Shown here in pieces: positions 58,904 through 64,000 of a stretch of 64,000 nt of DNA; within the stretch, counting starts at the first letter, position 1, and every line of letters begins with the position of its first letter. Position numbers and translations under genes: made by a program. The notes under the pieces were generated by a model. The model was not told the DNA's origin. It saw nothing but the letters and a program-made list of their open reading frames with translations, and searched no databases. The DNA is from an uncultured Chloroflexota bacterium (GTDB lineage Bacteria > Chloroflexota > UBA11872 > VXNJ01): positions 64 to 64,063 of the forward strand of contig CAZBZS010000009.1 in assembly GCA_964496475.1 (NCBI GenBank). The letters run 5' to 3'.

Positions 58904-59734
58904 CTATACCGCCGGGACCCCCGCTTCTTCTTTGCGCGGCGCCGGCACTCCGCAAAACTGCTCGTAGTCGATCAGTTCGGTGACGGTGGGATTGTCGCCG
59001 CAGACGGGGCAGTCGGGCTTGCGCGCCCGCTTGTAAATGATGAACTCCATCTCCAGGGCGTCCCAAGTCAAGAGTCGGTTGTGCAGGGTTTCGCCGATGC
59101 CAATGATCATCTTCACGACTTCGGTAGCCTGCAGGACTCCGATCACTCCGGGAACGACCCCAAGCACTCCAGCCTCGGCGCAGTTCGGCGCCAGCTCCGG
59201 GGGTGGCGGGGAGGGGTACATGCAGCGGTAGCAACCCTTGCCGGGCATGAAAATGGTCACCATCCCGTCGAACTTCAAGACGCTACCGTCCACCATTGGC
59301 TTTTTGAGCATGACGCAGGCGTCGTTGACCAGATAACGAGTGGGGAAGTTGTCACAACCGTTCACGACGATGTCGTATTCGGCGATTATCTCCAACGCGT
59401 TCGCCGAGCTGATTACGTCGTCGTAGGCAACGACATTGACGTCCGGATTCAGCGCCTCCAGCGTCCGTCTGGCCGACTCCACCTTCGACATGCCGACCCG
59501 GTCGACGTTGTGCAAGATTTGCCGCTGCAGGTTGCTCTCGTCGACCACGTCGTGGTCGACGATGCCGATGGTGCCGACACCGGCGGCGGCGAGGTAGTAG
59601 GCCGACGGCGAGCCCAGCCCACCGGCGCCGATCATCAGCACGCTGGCGTCCAGCAATTTAAGCTGGCCGTCGGCCCCGACTTCGGGCATGAGCATGTGGC
59701 GGCTATAGCGCCGTACCTGGTCTGGCATAAACAT
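58904..59734 (-). CDS. moeB: MoeB/ThiF-family adenylyltransferase (sulfur-carrier protein activating E1-like)
   Basis: RYSRHMLMPEVG…GAGGLGSP nucleotide motif and the CxxC…CxxC zinc site. Confidence 0.8.
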   Translation of the reverse strand: MFMPDQVRRYSRHMLMPEVGADGQLKLLDASVLMIGAGGLGSPSAYYLAAAGVGTIGIVDHDVVDESNLQRQILHNVDRVGMSKVESARRTLEALNPDVNVVAYDDVISSANALEIIAEYDIVVNGCDNFPTRYLVNDACVMLKKPMVDGSVLKFDGMVTIFMPGKGCYRCMYPSPPPPELAPNCAEAGVLGVVPGVIGVLQATEVVKMIIGIGETLHNRLLTWDALEMEFIIYKRARKPDCPVCGDNPTVTELIDYEQFCGVPAPRKEEAGVPAV

Positions 59735-59793
59735 GTGGGGTCCAGATTCCTTCCTCTACCGGCTTGGAGCGATTGTTTGCTCGGATTATCTGC

Positions 59794-60150
59794 CTACTCG
59801 GCGGATTCGGCCAGCGATCCCTTAAACGGCAGGCCATCTCCGATCCAGCCGGTCATTCCGCCGGCCAGGTTGTAGATCTTGTCCCGACCGACGGCCACGG
59901 CCATCTGGGAAGCGACTCCGCTCATACGACCAACGTTGCAGATGAACAGGATATCCCCGGTGGGGAGTTTGCCCTCCGGGTCCATCAAAATGTCGTTCAA
60001 GGGGATGAGCGAAGCGCCGGTGAGAGTGGCCTCCCCGAATTTCTCGTCATCCCTTACGTCGATAATCGAAACGTCCGGATCTTTCATAAGTTCCAGCGCC
60101 TGCTCGTTGCTCACTGCCTCGTAGCCGAAATGTTCGGGACCGGTAGTCAT
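59794..60150 (-). CDS. rhodanese-domain sulfurtransferase (single domain)
   Basis: Active-site loop CNVGRMS. The gene lies immediately upstream of moeB on the same strand. Confidence 0.75.
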   Translation of the reverse strand: MTTGPEHFGYEAVSNEQALELMKDPDVSIIDVRDDEKFGEATLTGASLIPLNDILMDPEGKLPTGDILFICNVGRMSGVASQMAVAVGRDKIYNLAGGMTGWIGDGLPFKGSLAESAE

Positions 60151-60293
60151 GTGGAAAACTCCATCACACTCGGGGTAACCTCAGGCTCGACCCTCGCCTC
60201 TTCGCCAAGGCGAGAGTGAAAATCTAGTAATCCAATCATACCGCTAATAATCGGTGAGGACGATCACATCCACACGGTGAAGGGACAGGCTAA

Positions 60294-62480
60294 GTGACAA
60301 AACCGTTCGGACGCGAGAATATCGGCTGGGCCAGCATCGAGCCGCGCGATCCGGTCGTGGCGGGAACGTTCGGTACCTGGAAGATACGATACGTCGCGGG
60401 CGAATTCGGATTGGATGACAGCGGCCATCTCAGAATCACCGAGCGGCAGGTCGGCGACTGGGAACGACCGCAGTTCGACCGACCGAAGGAGTCCGGCTAC
60501 GCGACGGCCCGCACGAATTCCAGGGCCACGCTTGAAATGGCCTGGTTCGAGACTCTGAATACCCGACCGTTTCGCAAGACGCTGGTAGTCACGGTGTCGG
60601 GTGGCGGGCTGCATCCGGGACAATGGATCGAGGTGACTTACGGTGACACCAGTGGCGGGGGGGCGGGTCGCCGGGCGCAGACATTTCGCGAACCGCAGTC
60701 TGAATTCCACGTTCTTGCCGACCCGTTCGGCGCGAACCGTTTTTTCCCGGTGGCCGATCAACCCTGGGTCCCGGTGCTGGGTGACGACGCTGCTGAATTT
60801 GAGGTCACGTCACCGGCTAGCGCGGTCACCGGCCGGCCGCATCGGCTGTCTATCCGCGCCCGCGACCAGTGGGGCAACACCGACGAGCGATACGCCGGCG
60901 AAGTTAGCCTGTTGGCCAATTTGCAGGTCGACGGCCTGCCCGAGACCGCCTCGTTCCGCTCATCCGACCGCGGGGTCATCGAGATCGACGAGCTGATTCC
61001 GCGGGAGGCCGGCGATCTGGTGTTCACGGCCACGTGCAAGGTGCCGACCGCGGTTAGCAATTCCAATCCGGTTCGCTGTACGGACGAGCCGGAGCGATGG
61101 GATCTTTACTGGGGAGATTTCCACGGGCAGAGCCGGGAGTCGGTGGGCACGATCTCGGCCCGCGATTACATCCTGTACGCCCGGAACGATGCGGGGGTGG
61201 ATTTTGTCGGCCACCAAGCGAACGATTTCCAGATCACCAACGAGTTCTGGGCCGAATTGCAGGGCCTGATGAAAGAGTTCCACGATCCGGGGCGCTTCGT
61301 CACGTTTCTCGGTTACGAATGGTCGGGCATCACCCCGGTCGGTGGAGACCGTAACGTTCACTTCCTGGGCGACACCGGTGAAATTCGCCGGTCCAGCCAC
61401 GCCCTGCTGGACGATTTGAGCGACGCCGATTCTGACGCCTGCCCGGTCACGGAACTTTTCGCCGCTCTAAAGGGTCGCGACGATGTGCTGCTGGTTCCGC
61501 ATGTGGGGGGCCGGCACGCAAACCTGAAATATCACGACCCCGAGCTTGAGCCGGTTATCGAGATCCACTCCTCGCACGGCACGTTCGAATGGCTGGGACG
61601 GGAGGCGGTGGAGCGCGGATATCGGGTGGGCTTCATCTGCGGAAGCGATGTCCACACCGGCCGCCCCGGGGCGTGCCGGCCGAGCGTGAAGATGGGTGAA
61701 GACGCGCTGGGGGTTCGCGGTGGCCTGGCGGCGATTTATGCCACGGACCTGAGCCGGGAGGCCATCTTCAGGGCGCTGCAAGCGCGCCGCTGCTACGGCA
61801 CCACCGGGGCCCGTATCCGCGTCTGGGTGGAAAGCGCCGGCCGGCCCATGGGAAGCGATCTGACCTCGGACGGCGAGCTCCGCTTCACCGGCGGAATCCG
61901 TGGCACGGCCCCAATTCAGTCGGTGGAGCTGCTGCGCTCGTGGGAGGTGTTGCAGTCGCTTCATCCCCGCCGCGGGAACCCGGCGGCACGTCGTTTGAGA
62001 ATCACCTGGTCGGGCGCCGAGGGGCGTGGAAGGCGCCGTTCGACCGTATGGAGCGGCTCGCTGCGCGTCGAGGGAGCGGCGATCACCGGCAGCGAGCCGG
62101 TCGGCTTCGACCACCTGGGCGAAGGTCTTTGGGACACGAGCGAACACGAAGTGCACTGGCTATCCCGCACCGAGGGAGATCACGACGGCGTTGAAATCGA
62201 ACTCGATGGCACTGACGGGGTGTCGCTGGAATTTCGGAGCGAACCGGCCACGCTCCAAATCGATGTGAATGAGATCGGCGCGGACGGCTGGCGTTATGAC
62301 GCCGGCGGTGAAGACCGGGGGGTGAGCATCAGTTGGGTCGATCCGACCGAGGACGACACCGCGGTGGACTTTGACTTCACGGTCCCCGCGGCCGAAGTCA
62401 GCCCGGGGGCCTATTTTCTGCGGGTCATGCAGAAGGACTGCGAATTGGCCTGGACAAGCCCCTACTACGTCGACGTGTAG
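60294..62480 (+). CDS. large hypothetical protein, DUF3604-like (putative PHP-fold metal-dependent hydrolase)
   Basis: 728 aa with LYWGDFHGQS, a PHP-like metal motif, and no TM segments. The family call is tentative. Confidence 0.4.
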   Translation: MTKPFGRENIGWASIEPRDPVVAGTFGTWKIRYVAGEFGLDDSGHLRITERQVGDWERPQFDRPKESGYATARTNSRATLEMAWFETLNTRPFRKTLVVTVSGGGLHPGQWIEVTYGDTSGGGAGRRAQTFREPQSEFHVLADPFGANRFFPVADQPWVPVLGDDAAEFEVTSPASAVTGRPHRLSIRARDQWGNTDERYAGEVSLLANLQVDGLPETASFRSSDRGVIEIDELIPREAGDLVFTATCKVPTAVSNSNPVRCTDEPERWDLYWGDFHGQSRESVGTISARDYILYARNDAGVDFVGHQANDFQITNEFWAELQGLMKEFHDPGRFVTFLGYEWSGITPVGGDRNVHFLGDTGEIRRSSHALLDDLSDADSDACPVTELFAALKGRDDVLLVPHVGGRHANLKYHDPELEPVIEIHSSHGTFEWLGREAVERGYRVGFICGSDVHTGRPGACRPSVKMGEDALGVRGGLAAIYATDLSREAIFRALQARRCYGTTGARIRVWVESAGRPMGSDLTSDGELRFTGGIRGTAPIQSVELLRSWEVLQSLHPRRGNPAARRLRITWSGAEGRGRRRSTVWSGSLRVEGAAITGSEPVGFDHLGEGLWDTSEHEVHWLSRTEGDHDGVEIELDGTDGVSLEFRSEPATLQIDVNEIGADGWRYDAGGEDRGVSISWVDPTEDDTAVDFDFTVPAAEVSPGAYFLRVMQKDCELAWTSPYYVDV

Positions 62481-62510
62481 GAACGCGCCGCCGATGGGTC
62501 GCGACCCGAT

Positions 62511-63254
62511 CTACCGATCACTTCGGCGCACCAGCCAGTCGATCCCGGTGCCGAACAGCAGGACGAACACGTAAAACCACGCCATTCCCGGAGTGACCAC
62601 CAGGGACGCGGCGATCATCACTAGGCACCCGATTTGACCAGCCCGCACGACTCCGTCGGAATCGGCCAATTGCTCCCTTAACGACTGGGGCCGTTCGGCG
62701 AGAAGGACCACCGCACGCTGGGATCCATCGGCGATTCGCGGACCCATGAAACTCCGCACCAGCCATAGCAACTTCTCAATCTTCGGGGCATCATCCACCA
62801 CGGTCCCGATGGCCAGCGGCGCGGCCCCTTTGACAACTAGGTGAACCGTCCACAAGGTCTCTCCGCCGAATTGCCGGTAGCGATGGCGGCTTACGACCGG
62901 AACGGCCTCGATTTCGGCGAACGAGTAGTCCTCGCTGAAGTAAGTCATCAGGCCGAGAAAGCGACGACGGTGAACCGTAACGCGCCGAAAATCACGCTCG
63001 ACGGTTACCTTCACACTCGTCTGCCAGAGCACCCAACACAGCCACGCAACCAGCACCACAAGCATGAGATATCCGACCATCCCCACCCTCGACACCTGCG
63101 CGGTCCCGAACGCCAGTAGGGCCATGGCCACCAGGAACTGGACGCGATGACCCTGCATTCCTCTTAGCAGGAATAGTCTTGAAGGTGTCTCGACCCAAAA
63201 ACTCAAACGCTCACGCTGCCTTCGGACGGCCGCCGGGCGGTCCGGTTCCTCCAT
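62511..63254 (-). CDS. hypothetical membrane protein
   Basis: 3-4 hydrophobic helices, no family recognised. Confidence 0.45.
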   Translation of the reverse strand: MEEPDRPAAVRRQRERLSFWVETPSRLFLLRGMQGHRVQFLVAMALLAFGTAQVSRVGMVGYLMLVVLVAWLCWVLWQTSVKVTVERDFRRVTVHRRRFLGLMTYFSEDYSFAEIEAVPVVSRHRYRQFGGETLWTVHLVVKGAAPLAIGTVVDDAPKIEKLLWLVRSFMGPRIADGSQRAVVLLAERPQSLREQLADSDGVVRAGQIGCLVMIAASLVVTPGMAWFYVFVLLFGTGIDWLVRRSDR

Positions 63255-63393
63255 CGATGCCCTGCGCCCGGACCATCACGACGGACCGAGGCGAGGCTCC
63301 AAACGTCACCTTAATCCCGCTACATCCATCAGCGCCAGAAATGGTGTCAGAATATGCAGGTGGAAAGAGGATTTTTCTGAGCGGAGCAAAGTT

Positions 63394-64000
63394 ATGGGCC
63401 TGGGTAAGGACACCAGCATTACGTGGCTCGGGCATTCCACTTTCCAGATTGATACGCCCGGTGGCAAGTCTCTGCTGATCGATCCGTTCCTTGAGAAGAA
63501 TCCACGCTGCCCGGAGGATCTCCGACGGCCGACCGGCATAGACGCGATTTTCTTGACGCATGGCCACTTCGACCACGTGGCGGATGCGCCGGCCGTGGCA
63601 ATCGCCAACTCGGCGCCGGTGGTCTGCATGTTTGATCTTGCCAGCTGGCTGGAAAGTCGGAGGGTGAAAGAGATCGTAGGCTTCAACCTCGGGGGGACGG
63701 TTGAGGTGGCCGGCGTGAAGGCGTCGATGGTGGAAGCGCGGCACTCTTCGTCATTGCCGGGGGAGGACGGAATCGTGTACGGAGGGCTGGCGATCGGTTA
63801 CGTACTGGAACTCGAGAACGGATTCAAGATTTACGTGGCCGGAGATACCGGCCTCTTCATGGAAATGGCGATGATCGGTGAACTTTACGAGCCCGAGCTG
63901 GGCATCCTGCCGATTGGCGGTCACTTCACCATGAACGGTGCTCATGCCGTCCGGGCCTGCCGGCTCCTGGGGCTCAAGCACGTCATCCCCTGCCATTTCG
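63394..64000 (+). CDS. MBL-fold metal-dependent hydrolase (UPF0173-like), 3'-truncated by window edge
   Basis: ATG with a GGAG ribosome binding site. Carries the HGHFDH motif. The frame is open to the window end. Confidence 0.7.
   Translation, partial: MGLGKDTSITWLGHSTFQIDTPGGKSLLIDPFLEKNPRCPEDLRRPTGIDAIFLTHGHFDHVADAPAVAIANSAPVVCMFDLASWLESRRVKEIVGFNLGGTVEVAGVKASMVEARHSSSLPGEDGIVYGGLAIGYVLELENGFKIYVAGDTGLFMEMAMIGELYEPELGILPIGGHFTMNGAHAVRACRLLGLKHVIPCHF

Overview
This is a 64-kb, high-GC (about 65 %) bacterial chromosomal window that is densely coded on both strands, with frequent 1-4 nt gene overlaps and GGAGG-type ribosome binding sites. It carries one tRNA-Leu(TAA) and roughly 55 protein-coding genes, and no rRNA, CRISPR array or mobile-element gene. 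From start to end it contains:
- A polyprenol-phosphate-type glycosylation locus (1.4-12.8 kb) that starts right after the tRNA. It has two convergent paralogous ~855-aa polytopic membrane proteins, a GT4, a SAM methyltransferase, a GtrB-like GT2 and an ArnT/PMT-like GT-C with an unusual N-terminal membrane extension.
- A sulfatase locus and a block of tandem paralogs: two membrane proteins and two GNATs.
- Housekeeping genes: YyaL-type thioredoxin-domain protein, pseudouridine synthase, Cys-type formate dehydrogenase alpha subunit, a B. subtilis-order ribD-ribE-ribBA-ribH operon, coaE and panB.
- An exopolysaccharide-type locus on the minus strand (35.3-42.2 kb): GT4, polyprenyl glycosylphosphotransferase, a 1.25-kb gap, GT4, two Wzz-like copolymerase proteins and a degenerate tyrosine-kinase-like P-loop protein. 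The 1.25-kb gap is AT-rich, cytosine-depleted and non-coding, with G-quadruplex motifs.
- A tungsten-type aldehyde:ferredoxin oxidoreductase next to separate MoeB and rhodanese genes.

The window carries an unusually high load of decayed genes: a sulfatase remnant, an ADP-ribosylglycohydrolase remnant, a tandem amidase pseudogene, a single-nucleotide frameshift in birA, and an enolase-superfamily gene inactivated by two Trp(TGG) to stop transitions plus a likely ATG to CTG start change. All protein family assignments come from motif-level reading of the translations, with no database search, and should be treated as hypotheses.
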